Positions 23,806 to 34,440 are shown, numbered from the stretch's first letter. The stretch is 64,000 bases of DNA from Candidatus Neptunichlamydia sp. (GCA_965233865.1 OZ247587.1:1696001-1760000), one strand, 5' to 3'. Notes: generated by a model not told the origin, from the letters alone. Translations and numbers: made by a program.

Positions 23806-25173
23806 ATGTTTGGTGGTATCACAGAAAAATTTCAAAATGTTTTCTCAGCCTTAGCTTCAAAGAAAAAGTTAACAGATGAGAATATTTCTGATGCGGTGAG
23901 AGAGGTCCGCATGGCTCTTCTCGATGCCGATGTGAACTACACTGTTACAAAAAGCTTCATTAAACGTGTCAAAGAAAAAGCGCTAGGGGAAGAGGTTCTT
24001 AAATCTGTTGATGCTGGCGATCTTTTTACAAAAATCGTACATGATGAGTTAAAAGCTCTGATGGGAGAAAATGAGGCGGAACTTGATATTGGGCGTTGTC
24101 CATCCGTCATCCTAATGTGTGGTCTTCAAGGATCTGGAAAAACTACGCAATCTGCAAAACTTGCTCTCTACCTGAAAAAGCAAAATAAGAAAGTCCTCAT
24201 CGCTGCTTGCGACTTGCAACGTCCTGCCGCTATCGACCAGTTAGAAACACTTGGTGCTCAAGTTGAAGTTCCTATTTATGCCGATCGAGATCAAAAAAAT
24301 GCTGTTAAAGTTGCTAAAGCTGCCTTAGAGCGGGCTAAAAAAGAAGCGTTTGATGTCCTTATTGTCGATACCTCTGGACGCCTTCATGTTGATGAAGAGC
24401 TTATGAAAGAGCTGGAAAAGATAAAAGGAGCAGTAGCTCCCCATGAAATCCTCTTTGTTGCGAACGCATCGACGGGACAAGATGCAGTTAAAACCGCTGC
24501 TGATTTCGATAGTCGGATTGCAATCACTGGAACAATTCTCACTATGCTTGATGGAAATACGCGTGCTGGAGCTGCAATCTCTATTCGCGAAGTGACAGGT
24601 AAGCCTCTCAAGTTTGAAGGGATTGGGGAAAAAGTGACTGATCTCCAACTTTTTAACCCGCAATCAATGGCTGATCGCATCCTTGGGATGGGAGATGTTA
24701 TTAATCTTGTCAAGAAAGCTCAAGAGCATGTTGATGAAGAAGAATCTTTAAAAATGGAAAAGAAGCTTCGCAAAGCAACATTTACTTTCGATGACTTTCT
24801 TAAACAGATGCGCTCCATAAAAAAAATGGGCTCTCTAAAAGGTCTTCTTTCTATGCTTCCTGGATTTAATAAGATGGGAGGGGACTTTGATATGTCCGAT
24901 AAAGAGCTCTCAAAGATCGAAGCGATTATCCTCTCAATGACTTTCAATGAGCGCACTGGTCTAGATGAGCTTTTCCCCTCTCGCCGCCGCCGGGTCGCAA
25001 ATGGAAGTGGTTCCTCTATTGATGATGTTAACCGGATGATCAAGAATTTTAAGCGAATCAAGCAGATGATGAAAAAGATGCCGGGTATGAAAAAGAAGTT
25101 CATGAATGACCCGCAGATGAAAGATCAGCTCAGCGCTCTAAAAGGGCAATCCTCATCACTTTTTCTTAAGTAA
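23806..25173 (+). CDS. ffh: Signal recognition particle protein
   Basis: GLQGSGKTT, DTSGR, RILGMGD, Met-rich M domain. Confidence 0.98.
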   Translation: MFGGITEKFQNVFSALASKKKLTDENISDAVREVRMALLDADVNYTVTKSFIKRVKEKALGEEVLKSVDAGDLFTKIVHDELKALMGENEAELDIGRCPSVILMCGLQGSGKTTQSAKLALYLKKQNKKVLIAACDLQRPAAIDQLETLGAQVEVPIYADRDQKNAVKVAKAALERAKKEAFDVLIVDTSGRLHVDEELMKELEKIKGAVAPHEILFVANASTGQDAVKTAADFDSRIAITGTILTMLDGNTRAGAAISIREVTGKPLKFEGIGEKVTDLQLFNPQSMADRILGMGDVINLVKKAQEHVDEEESLKMEKKLRKATFTFDDFLKQMRSIKKMGSLKGLLSMLPGFNKMGGDFDMSDKELSKIEAIILSMTFNERTGLDELFPSRRRRVANGSGSSIDDVNRMIKNFKRIKQMMKKMPGMKKKFMNDPQMKDQLSALKGQSSSLFLK

Positions 25174-25698
25174 TCCCATTGATGACAACTTTCTGCTCTC
25201 TTAGATTTTTTTGAAGTCGTCTGCTTAGCATGACTTTTTATTATAAGAAATTCAAAGAGAATGGTATTAGTTTTGTTTAATCTTCCTGGGGATTTTTGAG
25301 TAATAGCCCTTTCACAAAGTAGGAAAGGGTTATCTCCCGACTGCTATACTTACGATCTGTCAGTTTTTTTGTAATGGAATTTGGGTATCCAGGAAAATAG
25401 CGCGAAATACTCATAGGTTTCCTCTTTTGATGAATTCAAGGGGCGCGATACGGAAAATAGAGAAATAAGCAAACATTTTTTTATTGATTATGAGTATTTG
25501 TATATTTCATTTTTCTATGAATTGACATCAAATCTCATCCTGGATCAGTCGTTTTTTTGTTCTATATTTTTTCAGAAACTGAATGAATTTTTTGATAAAA
25601 TTAGAAATTAGAAGGGTTGCGGTGGTTTTTAATACCATTTTTTTCGAGCATGGTTTATGATGGGCAGTCTTACAATTTGTGAATTGGAGTTTACATAG

Positions 25699-26019
25699 AT
25701 GGCACTAAAGATTCGCCTAAGACAACAGGGCCGAACCAATAGATTGACTTATCGCTTAGTTGTTGCAGATGCTCGTTCCCCTAGAGATGGGAAATACGTT
25801 GAAAATCTCGGACATTATGATCCTCATCATGAAGAGGGTAAAGATGCTGTAGTCAAAGAAGATCGCATCCAGTTTTGGGTTGATAATGGAGCTGAGCTGA
25901 GTGAAAAAGCATATGCTTTAATTGCTCGAAAAGCTCCTGAAGTGATCAAAAGCATTCGTAATCGAGAGCTTGCTAAAGTGAAAAAGCGTAGCGAAAAGCG
26001 CAAAGCGAAAAAGAAGTAA
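25699..26019 (+). CDS. rpsP: 30S ribosomal protein S16
   Basis: KIRLR, YRLVVADARSPRDGK. Confidence 0.97.
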   Translation: MALKIRLRQQGRTNRLTYRLVVADARSPRDGKYVENLGHYDPHHEEGKDAVVKEDRIQFWVDNGAELSEKAYALIARKAPEVIKSIRNRELAKVKKRSEKRKAKKK

Positions 26020-26027
26020 TTTTTTCG

Positions 26028-26696
26028 ATGCGCTACGATATTTTATCCCTCTTTCCGGAGTATTTTGAGGGTCCCTTTGATGTCAGTATGATTAACAGAG
26101 GGCGGAAAAAAGGGCTGCTGGAAATTAACCTTGTGAATATGAGGGATTTTTCTTCAGGAAGATATCAGCAAATCGATGATCGTCCGTATGGCGGTGGACC
26201 AGGGATGGTCCTAATGGCAGAACCTGTCATAAAGGCCGTGCGAAGTGTTAAGAAAGAAAATTCCTATGTGGTCTATCTGACCCCTCAGGGAAAACCTCTC
26301 ACCGCTAAACGGTGTGGGGAACTGGCCAAAAAAACACATTTGATTGTTGTATGTGGCCATTATGAGGGGATCGATGAGCGTGTTATTGAGAGCGAAATCG
26401 ATGAAGAGATTAGCATTGGGGATTACGTGCTTACAAGTGGCGCCCCGGCTGCCATTGTTTTGGTTGATAGTGTCTCCCGCTTTATTCCGGGAGTGATTGG
26501 AAACGAAGAAGCAACGCAGCAAGACTCTTTTGAAAATGGAATGTTTGATTGTCCGGTTTATACCCGGCCTCCTATTTTTGAAGGAAGAGAGGTTCCTGAG
26601 GTTTTAAAAAACGGGAATCATGCTGAGATTAAGGCTTGGCGAGAAACGCAGGCACAAGAGAAAACAGAGCGGGTTCGACCCGACCTAAGAAACTAG
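26028..26696 (+). CDS. trmD: tRNA (guanine-N1)-methyltransferase
   Basis: DDRPYGGGPGMV, CGHYEGIDER, SIGDYVL. Confidence 0.98.
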   Translation: MRYDILSLFPEYFEGPFDVSMINRGRKKGLLEINLVNMRDFSSGRYQQIDDRPYGGGPGMVLMAEPVIKAVRSVKKENSYVVYLTPQGKPLTAKRCGELAKKTHLIVVCGHYEGIDERVIESEIDEEISIGDYVLTSGAPAAIVLVDSVSRFIPGVIGNEEATQQDSFENGMFDCPVYTRPPIFEGREVPEVLKNGNHAEIKAWRETQAQEKTERVRPDLRN

Positions 26697-26721
26697 AATA
26701 TCTAATTAGGAGAAATGAATC

Positions 26722-27162
26722 ATGAGCCGCGATGCGCTACTTGAGGAAATTGAAGCTAGTCAACTTAAGGCAGACATCCCCCACTTTAATGTCGGCGACA
26801 CGATCAAAGTTCACATCCGTATTATCGAAGGAGAAAAAGAAAGAATCCAGGTTTTTTCTGGAACTGTCATTGCTCGAAAAGGCTCGGGCATTTCTGAAAC
26901 TTTTTCGATGTACCGAGTGGCTTACGGCGCTGGAATGGAGCGGGTATTTCCACTGCATAGCCCCCGAATTGCCAAGATCGAAGTCGTTCGATTAGGAAAA
27001 GTAAGACGAGCAAAACTTTATTACCTCCGCGGAACCGCTGGAAAAGCAGCGAAGGTTAAGGAGAAAATTGGGCGGAAAAAGGACAAAAAAGGTCCAGCTC
27101 TTGTAGAAGATCCTGCACCTCCAAAGGTAGAGACAAAGGCTGAGGCTCCTAAATCGGAGTAG
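26722..27162 (+). CDS. rplS: 50S ribosomal protein L19
   Basis: [24 protein letters not shown]. Confidence 0.98.
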   Translation: MSRDALLEEIEASQLKADIPHFNVGDTIKVHIRIIEGEKERIQVFSGTVIARKGSGISETFSMYRVAYGAGMERVFPLHSPRIAKIEVVRLGKVRRAKLYYLRGTAGKAAKVKEKIGRKKDKKGPALVEDPAPPKVETKAEAPKSE

Positions 27163-27164
27163 AG

Positions 27165-27812
27165 TTGAACGATCAAACCTTTTTTGAAGAGGGCGCCTAC
27201 AATGCTGGGCACCGGCTGATTGCAGGTGTAGATGAAGCAGGGCGAGGTCCTCTTGCTGGCCCCGTTGTTGCTGCTGCTTGTATTCTTCCTAGAGGACTTC
27301 AGATTAAGGGAATTGATGATAGTAAAAAACTCACTTCAGAGAAACGAGAGGAGCTTTATCACGCTCTCACCACTCATCCTGACATCTACTATGGCATTGG
27401 AGTTCTTAAAAGCGTAGTCATTGATAAGATCAACATCTTGCAAGCTGCTCTTGGCGCTATGGCACTAGCTGTGGATGCGCTCAGCGTTGAGCCCGATTAT
27501 CTCCTCATTGATGGCAATCACCTTCCTCCGACACATATTGCAGCTAAAGCGGTAATTAAGGGGGATGGCCGTTCACTAAGTATTGGAGCAGCTTCGATCA
27601 TTGCTAAGCATCATCGGGATATTTTGATGAAGCAGTTCCATGAGAAGTATCCTCATTACGGATTTGATCGTCACAAAGGATATGGAACAAAGGGGCATGT
27701 GGAAGCCCTTAGAGCTTATGGCCCTTGCCCGATTCATCGAACTTCTTTTGAGCCGGTGCGGTCCTTGACTTGCAGCGGTGAATCAGTTATAAAACCTTCA
27801 CAACCAAAGTAG
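27165..27812 (+). CDS. rnhB: Ribonuclease HII
   Basis: GVDEAGRGPLAGPV, DSKKL, KGYGT. Confidence 0.97.
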   Translation: MNDQTFFEEGAYNAGHRLIAGVDEAGRGPLAGPVVAAACILPRGLQIKGIDDSKKLTSEKREELYHALTTHPDIYYGIGVLKSVVIDKINILQAALGAMALAVDALSVEPDYLLIDGNHLPPTHIAAKAVIKGDGRSLSIGAASIIAKHHRDILMKQFHEKYPHYGFDRHKGYGTKGHVEALRAYGPCPIHRTSFEPVRSLTCSGESVIKPSQPK

Positions 27813-27822
27813 GATTTTCTCT

Positions 27823-28704
27823 ATGGCGCGTAGCATGACAGCCTATGGACGGTCTCACCTTAAAACTGGAGTGGGACATTTTATTATCGAAATTCATTCG
27901 GTAAACCGAAAAAGTTTAGATATCCACTCGAACATTCCAAAAGAACTTCTTTGCTTGGATATGAAACTCAGGAAGCATTTGGGTGAAGAAGTAAAGCGGG
28001 GCAATGTTACCATCCGGATTACGAAGGATAGTGGTCAAGGGGACTCTTCCGAAGCTCCCAACCTAGGGGTGATGAAGGCGATCCATAAAGAGTGGATGGA
28101 GTGTGCGTTGGGGCTTGGCTATAAAAAGGAAGAAGCCATTCCCTTCTCCTCGTTGATGCAATTTGTGATGACCTCTTCTCCTTCAATTCAAAGGGTTGAT
28201 AAAATTTTTGAAAATGAGTTGATGCTAGGGTTTGATGAAGCCATGGTTGCTTTTATTGCGATGAAAGAAACAGAGGGGAATTCTCTTAAAGAAGATATTC
28301 TTCCACGCCTTTGCCAGGTTGCAGAAGATATCGACAAGGTGAAAAAGCTTACAAAAGAAGCTCCAAAGCGGTTTTATGAACGTTTGGAAAAAAAACTTGA
28401 AGAGATCAAGATGAATCATGAAGGGGATAAGGATCGCCTGGCCAGAGAGCTCGTTATTTTTGCGGATAAGGTAGATATTACTGAAGAAATTACGCGCCTT
28501 GCTTCTCATATCAAACAGTTCCACAATATCTTAAATGAAGATAAGCGGAGGGTAGGACGGGAGCTAGACTTTCTCACACAAGAGATGAATCGCGAGGTGA
28601 ATACTATCACAGCAAAATCGCAGGAGCTTGGAATTACCCAGTTGATTTTGTCAATAAAAAGTGAACTCGAAAAGATCCGAGAGCAATTGCAGAATATTGA
28701 ATGA
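27823..28704 (+). CDS. yicC: YicC/YloC family endoribonuclease
   Basis: SMTAYG, SVNRK, EEITRL, GRELDFLTQEMNRE, EQLQNIE. Confidence 0.93.
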   Translation: MARSMTAYGRSHLKTGVGHFIIEIHSVNRKSLDIHSNIPKELLCLDMKLRKHLGEEVKRGNVTIRITKDSGQGDSSEAPNLGVMKAIHKEWMECALGLGYKKEEAIPFSSLMQFVMTSSPSIQRVDKIFENELMLGFDEAMVAFIAMKETEGNSLKEDILPRLCQVAEDIDKVKKLTKEAPKRFYERLEKKLEEIKMNHEGDKDRLARELVIFADKVDITEEITRLASHIKQFHNILNEDKRRVGRELDFLTQEMNREVNTITAKSQELGITQLILSIKSELEKIREQLQNIE

Positions 28705-29288
28705 AAAAGAAAGGCGAACTAATTATTGTAAGTGCTCCAGCAGGAACAGGGAAAACCACCCTTGTTCACATGTTGAAGAAAGAATACCCTGAAGAAGTGG
28801 TTCAAAGTATTTCGTGCACGACTCGAAAACCCCGCCCTGGGGAAATCGATGGAAAAGATTATGTCTTTCTGACTAATGAAGCGTTTGAGAAGCGAGTAAA
28901 TAAGGGAGATTTTCTGGAATATGCGACGGTATTTGGGCATCGGTACGGAACCTTAAAAAAACTTATTGAGGCGCAATGCGCGGTTGGAAAGCACGTCATT
29001 TTGGTGATCGATACTCAAGGAGCAATAGAGCTTAAGAAAAAAACAAAAGCCATTTATATTTTTATTGAACCGCCTTCAATAGAAATCCTTGAAGAGAGAT
29101 TAAAAAATCGCAGAACTGAGTCGCCTGAAACTCTCAAAAAACGGCTGAAATGGGCCCAATATGAGATGGATCAGGCAAAACATTATGACTATACGATCGT
29201 TAATGACGATTTAGAAACTGCCTATGAGGCGTTAAAGAGTATTATAGTAGCCAAGAATTACGAAGGAGGAAATCATGGCACAAGATGA
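28701..29288 (+). CDS. gmk: Guanylate kinase
   Basis: APAGTGKTT, TTRKPRPGE, YGT. Confidence 0.97.
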   Translation: MKKKGELIIVSAPAGTGKTTLVHMLKKEYPEEVVQSISCTTRKPRPGEIDGKDYVFLTNEAFEKRVNKGDFLEYATVFGHRYGTLKKLIEAQCAVGKHVILVIDTQGAIELKKKTKAIYIFIEPPSIEILEERLKNRRTESPETLKKRLKWAQYEMDQAKHYDYTIVNDDLETAYEALKSIIVAKNYEGGNHGTR

Positions 29289-29457
29289 ATTAACAAAAGA
29301 AAGTTATACCACCCTATTCTCAAATAATTTTGAGTTGACACACCACGCTATCGATGTGGCGCAGAGACAAATCCAAAGTGGAAATGAAGATCTTAATGTG
29401 ACACAGATGCTCAAAGAGATCCGTAAAAATCCGCCGAAACGAGAAGAACAAGAGTGA
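29275..29457 (+). CDS. rpoZ: Probable RNA polymerase omega subunit, short chlamydial type
   Basis: Between gmk and metG, GGAGG RBS, LTxExxxxLFxxxFxL pattern like the chlamydial omega. Confidence 0.65.
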   Translation: MAQDELTKESYTTLFSNNFELTHHAIDVAQRQIQSGNEDLNVTQMLKEIRKNPPKREEQE

Positions 29458-31460
29458 AGAAAGTTCTGATAACGGCAGCACTTCCTTATGCAAATGGGCC
29501 ACTACATTTTGGTCATATTGCTGGGGCATATTTGCCCGCGGATTGCTATGCTCGTTTTCAGAGACTTCTAGGTCATGACGTTCTCTATATCTGTGGTTCT
29601 GATGAACACGGGGTGGCGATCACCTTGAGTGCTGAAGTGGCTGGACGCACCCCTAAAGAGCATGTTGATCATTTCCACCTGGTTCTTTCTGGCTTTTTCA
29701 AGCAGATGAACATTAGTTTTGATCACTATTCACGGACTACATGGAAAGGGCACGTAGAACCTACTCAAACCTATTTCAAGCAGCTCCATAAAAATGGATA
29801 TATTGAAGAGAAGGTTACCGACCAGCTTTACTCCGAAAAGGATAAGCGATTTTTAGCAGATCGGTATGTTCAGGGAACGTGTCCTAAATGTGGATTTGAA
29901 GAGGCAAGAGGAGATGAGTGCCCTAAATGTGCTTCGAGTTATGAGGCAACTGATCTTAAGGATCCTTGCTCAAAAATTACTGGCGCCCCACTCATTCTAA
30001 AACCGACAAAGCACTGGTTTCTTCGGTTTGATCTGTTCAAAGATGAGCTTTCAAAGTGGATCAAGAAAAAACATTGGAAATCCAATGTAATGAATTTTGC
30101 CCAGAACTATATCGATGATTTAAAACCTCGGGCGATTACCCGTGACTCAAATTGGGGGATTCCTATTCCCCTTGAAGGAACTGAAGGAAAGGTTCTTTAC
30201 GTTTGGTTTGACGCACCCATTGGGTATATTTCAGCAACAAAAGAGTGGGCTGAGAAGAAGGGAAAGCCCGAAGCATGGAAGCAGTACTGGTGCGATGAAA
30301 AGACAAAGCTGGTCAATTTTGTTGGGAAGGATAACATTCCATTTCATGCGATCTTTTTTCCAGCGATGACCATGGGACAAGACGAACCCTACAAAATTGT
30401 GGATGAGCTTCCTGCAAATGAGTTTTACAATCTTGAGGGGAAGCAATTTAGTAAATCGGCCGGTTGGTCTATTGACTTAGAGGAGTTTTTTAAACATTTT
30501 TCTTCCGATCAGATTCGATATGCCATTGCTGCAAATGCTCCTGAAACACAAGATAGTGAGTTTTCTTGGAAGGACTTTCAAATGCGCTGCAATAGAGAGC
30601 TTTTGGGAAAATATGGGAACCTTGTGAACCGCGTTCTTGTTTTTACTCAAAGCAAGTGCGAAGGTGTAATGCCTTTTTTTGGAAACTTGAAGCATGATGA
30701 TGAACATTTTCTTGAAAAAGTTGAAGAGCTCTCGAAAAAGATCCATCAGGCTTATGGTCACTATCATTTGCGAAAAGCGACTCAGCTTATTATGGAATTT
30801 GTGCAAGAAGGGAACGTTTACTTCGACCATAAACAGCCTTGGAAGGATAGTAAAGGTGGTCAAAGCACGACGATTGCTTGCTGTTTGCTTGCTTTGAATA
30901 CGCTGGCTCTTGTCTCTTTTCCTATTATTCCTGAAACTGCTGAAAAACTTTGGTATCTTTTAGGCAATGAAGAGTTATTAAAAGATCAAACTTGGAACGG
31001 CGTCTTAGAGACGGGTATTCCACCACATCGCACCTTTCCGAAGCCGGAAGTGCTCTTTTCTAAAGTAGAGGACAATGTGATTGAAAAACAACTTGAAGAT
31101 CTAAAAAATGCTCTAAAGTCTGCTGGAGATTTGAAAGATTCGGTCACCTTTGATGCTTTCCAAAAGCTCGATATCCGGGTGGCTCAGATCCTTTCTGTGA
31201 CTGAAATTCCGAAGAGTGATAAGCTCTATAAGATTGAGTTAGACCTTGGATTTGAGCGTCGGACAGTTGTCTCGGGGATCCGAAAGCAGTATCCTGACCC
31301 AGAGATCCTGATAGGGAAAAAAGTTGCCCTTGTGGCGAACCTAAAACCAGCAAAATTAATGGGAGTCGAAAGCCAAGGGATGATCCTAGCAGCAGGAGAG
31401 TCTAAATCACTGGAAGTGATAGGAATACAAGAATCTCCCTTAGGAAGTCCAATAACTTAA
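29454..31460 (+). CDS. metG: Methionine--tRNA ligase with C-terminal tRNA-binding domain
   Basis: PYANGPLHFGH, Zn knuckles, YVWFDA, FSKS, OB-fold tail. Confidence 0.98.
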   Translation: MKKVLITAALPYANGPLHFGHIAGAYLPADCYARFQRLLGHDVLYICGSDEHGVAITLSAEVAGRTPKEHVDHFHLVLSGFFKQMNISFDHYSRTTWKGHVEPTQTYFKQLHKNGYIEEKVTDQLYSEKDKRFLADRYVQGTCPKCGFEEARGDECPKCASSYEATDLKDPCSKITGAPLILKPTKHWFLRFDLFKDELSKWIKKKHWKSNVMNFAQNYIDDLKPRAITRDSNWGIPIPLEGTEGKVLYVWFDAPIGYISATKEWAEKKGKPEAWKQYWCDEKTKLVNFVGKDNIPFHAIFFPAMTMGQDEPYKIVDELPANEFYNLEGKQFSKSAGWSIDLEEFFKHFSSDQIRYAIAANAPETQDSEFSWKDFQMRCNRELLGKYGNLVNRVLVFTQSKCEGVMPFFGNLKHDDEHFLEKVEELSKKIHQAYGHYHLRKATQLIMEFVQEGNVYFDHKQPWKDSKGGQSTTIACCLLALNTLALVSFPIIPETAEKLWYLLGNEELLKDQTWNGVLETGIPPHRTFPKPEVLFSKVEDNVIEKQLEDLKNALKSAGDLKDSVTFDAFQKLDIRVAQILSVTEIPKSDKLYKIELDLGFERRTVVSGIRKQYPDPEILIGKKVALVANLKPAKLMGVESQGMILAAGESKSLEVIGIQESPLGSPIT

Positions 31461-31461
31461 C

Positions 31462-31515
31462 TTGTGTTTTAGCATCGGTTGCAATGTGAAGCTTGATCCA
31501 TTTTCTTCGCTTTGA
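31462..31515 (-). pseudogene. Tiny IS5-family (IS903 group) transposase fragment
   Basis: Manual translation SKRRKWIKLHIATDAKTQ matches the KRRxWxKLHxAxD motif. Confidence 0.65.
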
Positions 31516-31518
31516 TAC

Positions 31519-31955
31519 TATAGCTATATAATTTAGTTATAGGCAATATTCCTTAAAAAGTTTATCAATTCCACATTGATATTTTCTTCGTTTAGATTTT
31601 GCTTGTGCCCATTTATGCTCAATAGGATTTAAATCTAGAGAATATGGGGGAAGATATTCCAAGATGTGGCCTACAGCTTCGATCTTTTCTTGCATAGATT
31701 TGCTTTTATGAAACGATGCATTATCCATAACCAAAACGCTTTCAGAAGGAAGTTTCGGCATCAAATCTTGCTCTGCCCAACTGCTAAAGGCATCTGTATT
31801 AATATTACAATCAAACAGTGATTTTGCAAAAAATTGCAAAATCAGGAGCAAAAAGGGGGAGCTAAGGTGATTTAGAGATAAATTAGGATGGAAAAGGCAG
31901 GTAGTCGTTCATTCAGCGGTAAACGTTCATTTTCTCAACAACTCCTTTAGCTATA
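31519..31955 (-). mobile_element. Internally deleted IS630-family element with transposase C-terminal remnant (31537-about 31818)
   Basis: Inverted ends TATAGCTA...TAGCTATA including TA; VMDNASFHK and YLPPYSLDLNPIEHKW; N-terminal part missing. Confidence 0.85.
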
Positions 31956-32001
31956 TTCCAAAGATACATTTTTCTAGAGTGTTGAGCTTTGAAAAGATAC
32001 T

Positions 32002-34191
32002 TTAGATAGATGTAAGGATTTCTTGTTTATCTTTAGCAAGGGAGTCTTCGAGAAAATGTTGAAGGCCCGTGTAACGGGTCTTCACATTATCGGTCTTGAC
32101 TGCGATAGCTAATGCTTTTTTTGTGCCTAGGAGGATGACGAGTTTTTTGCCGCGGGTGATCCCTGTATAGAGGAGATTACGGAAAAGGAGCTTGAAGTGT
32201 GAGGTGTGAACGGGAATAATGACACAGGGGCATTCACTTCCTTGATATTTGTGGATCGAGACGGCATAGGCAAGCATAAGCTCATCGATATCGCAGAAAT
32301 CGTATTGCACATCTTTTCCTTCGAAGGTCACGGTGAGTTCTTGCTCTTCCATGTTAATCGCTGTAATGCGACCAACATCGCCGTTATAGACTTTTTTATC
32401 GTAGTTATTCCGAATTTGCATCACTTTGTCGTGGATGTTAAAGTGGCGACCCAATCGAACAAGATGCAGGGATTGAGGATTCAATCTCTGTTGAAGCGCA
32501 TGGTTAAGATTGTCTGTTCCAATGATCCCTTTTTTCATTGGAGAGAGGACCTGGATATCATCAATGGGATTGAGGGGGAACTTTTCGGGGATATGATGCT
32601 CAATAAGCTGGATTATTTTTTCGAGAATTTCATCAGGAGATTCGACGTTAAAAAAGACAAAATCGCTCCCTTGTTCATGCTCAGTTTCAGGAAAGTAGCC
32701 TGCATTAATCCGGTGGGCATTGGCAACGATGCGAGATCCTTTTCCTTGGCGAAAGATCCACTTGAGGCGAGAGACAGGGAGCGTTTCAGAATAGATCATA
32801 TCCTTCAAAACAGTTCCTGCTCCAACGCTTGGGAGCTGATCGATGTCGCCAATAAAAATAAGTCGAGTTTCATCGGGAATTGCTTTTAGGAGGCTATACA
32901 TTAAGAGGGTGTCGATCATGCTTGCTTCATCAATGATGATGAGTCGAGAAGTCAGAGGGTTATCGCGATTTTTTTTGAAACCTCCTCCATTGAAGTCAAA
33001 TTCTAGAAGACTATGAATCGTGAAGGCTTTTTTACCTGTGATTTCACTCATCCGTTTTGCGGCGCGTCCAGTGGGAGCGGCGAGAGTGATTTTGTCGGTC
33101 ACTTTAGAAGTAATCGAAAGGATGGCTCGGGTGATTGTGCTCTTTCCTGTCCCAGGTCCCCCTGTAACGATATGGATTTTTTCTTCGAGGCTTTTTTCAA
33201 TCGCCAGTTTTTGTGCTTTAGCAAAGCGGATCCGGTGTGTTTCTTGCGCCCAGTCGACTGCTTTGTCAAGCGTAACGGTGCGGATTTTGCAAGGGGCTTT
33301 ATAGATCCTTTGGAGTTCTCGTGCGATACCCCACTCTGCATTATATAAAGGGCGGACCCAGATATGGGGTTTACCATTCAAGGTGTCTTCTATGATGTGA
33401 CCTTCCATCTCAAGAGCACCGATCTGCTCAGCAATAAGTAATCCATCGACTTCGAGAATCTTTTCTGCTTCGGGGATGAAGGCTTCTTTTAAGTAACAGA
33501 CGTTTCCGTCATTGCTTAGCTCCCAAAGAACATGTTCAATGCCTGCTTTAATCCGAAGAGGGGAATCTTTGGTAATGCCGAGGTTTTGGGCAAGCTCATC
33601 AGCTGTTTTAAAGCCAACGCCGTAGATTTCTTTCGCAAGAATGTAAGGATTTTCCTTTACCTTTTCAATACTCTCTTCGCCATATTTCTTAAAAATCTTT
33701 TGCGCAAAAGAGGGGCGGACTTGGTGGGTCTGCAAAAAAATCATTACATTGCGGATGGATTTTTGTTCGCTCCAACAGTCCTCAATTTTTTTGATTCTTT
33801 TGGCCCCGATTCCAGGGACTTCGGTGAGTCTGTGAGGGTGTTTATCGATGATTTCAAGGGTTTTGACTCCAAAGGTTTCAACAATGCGCTTGGCATAAAC
33901 GGGTCCAACCCCTTTGACCATCCCTGACTCTAAATATTTCTGAATTCCCAACACATCAACGGGAGCTGTTAGCTCGAAGTTTTGCACTTCAAATTGCCTG
34001 CCATGACGGGTATGATGTTTCCAAATACCGCGGCAATGAAGGGTTTCTCCAGGGCTGATCCCTGGCATCGAACCGACGATAGTGATTAGATCTTTTTGTT
34101 TGGGCGTCTTAAGTCGTGCCACGGTGAAACCCGTTTCTTCACTTGCAAAAACGATGGTGTCGATATATCCACTGAGTTGATCCATAGCCAA
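32002..34191 (-). CDS. recD2: ATP-dependent RecD2-like DNA helicase
   Basis: N-terminal OB and HhH, GGPGTGKST, APTGRAA, DEASM, YAVSIHKYQGSE. Confidence 0.96.
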   Translation of the reverse strand: MAMDQLSGYIDTIVFASEETGFTVARLKTPKQKDLITIVGSMPGISPGETLHCRGIWKHHTRHGRQFEVQNFELTAPVDVLGIQKYLESGMVKGVGPVYAKRIVETFGVKTLEIIDKHPHRLTEVPGIGAKRIKKIEDCWSEQKSIRNVMIFLQTHQVRPSFAQKIFKKYGEESIEKVKENPYILAKEIYGVGFKTADELAQNLGITKDSPLRIKAGIEHVLWELSNDGNVCYLKEAFIPEAEKILEVDGLLIAEQIGALEMEGHIIEDTLNGKPHIWVRPLYNAEWGIARELQRIYKAPCKIRTVTLDKAVDWAQETHRIRFAKAQKLAIEKSLEEKIHIVTGGPGTGKSTITRAILSITSKVTDKITLAAPTGRAAKRMSEITGKKAFTIHSLLEFDFNGGGFKKNRDNPLTSRLIIIDEASMIDTLLMYSLLKAIPDETRLIFIGDIDQLPSVGAGTVLKDMIYSETLPVSRLKWIFRQGKGSRIVANAHRINAGYFPETEHEQGSDFVFFNVESPDEILEKIIQLIEHHIPEKFPLNPIDDIQVLSPMKKGIIGTDNLNHALQQRLNPQSLHLVRLGRHFNIHDKVMQIRNNYDKKVYNGDVGRITAINMEEQELTVTFEGKDVQYDFCDIDELMLAYAVSIHKYQGSECPCVIIPVHTSHFKLLFRNLLYTGITRGKKLVILLGTKKALAIAVKTDNVKTRYTGLQHFLEDSLAKDKQEILTSI

Positions 34192-34239
34192 ACATCTTAA
34201 CCGAACTGATCCAGTTTGAATACAAAAATTTTAGACCCC

Positions 34240-34268
34240 TTGATCTAAAATCTTGAAGAGGTTATGAT
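34240..34268 (+). promoter_or_regulatory. Putative promoter of tRNA-Asn
   Basis: TTGATC-N17-TATGAT, 12 nt before the tRNA. Confidence 0.6.
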
Positions 34269-34280
34269 AATCGTCTCTGT

Positions 34281-34352
34281 TCCGGATTAGCTCAGCGGTA
34301 GAGCAGTAGACTGTTAATCTATTGGTCGCTGGTTCGAATCCAGCATCCGGAG
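34281..34352 (+). tRNA. trnN: tRNA-Asn(GTT), CCA not encoded
   Basis: Acceptor stem TCCGGAT/ATCCGGA, D arm GCTC-AGCGGTA-GAGC, anticodon arm TAGA-CTGTTAA-TCTA, T loop TTCGAAT. Confidence 0.98.
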
Positions 34353-34440
34353 TTTTTTTTCATCTCGTTCATCTAGAAGCTCTTGTAAGTAACTTAAACG
34401 TCAGGAGACATTATGAAAAAAACCTTCTATAACCCTAAAA

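Noticed and set aside
32206..33927. Long plus-strand ORFs (227, 111, 131 aa) opposite recD2
   Set aside because: Antisense shadows of a conserved gene with no motifs; the same holds for ORFs opposite miaB, pnp, ftsH and ligA
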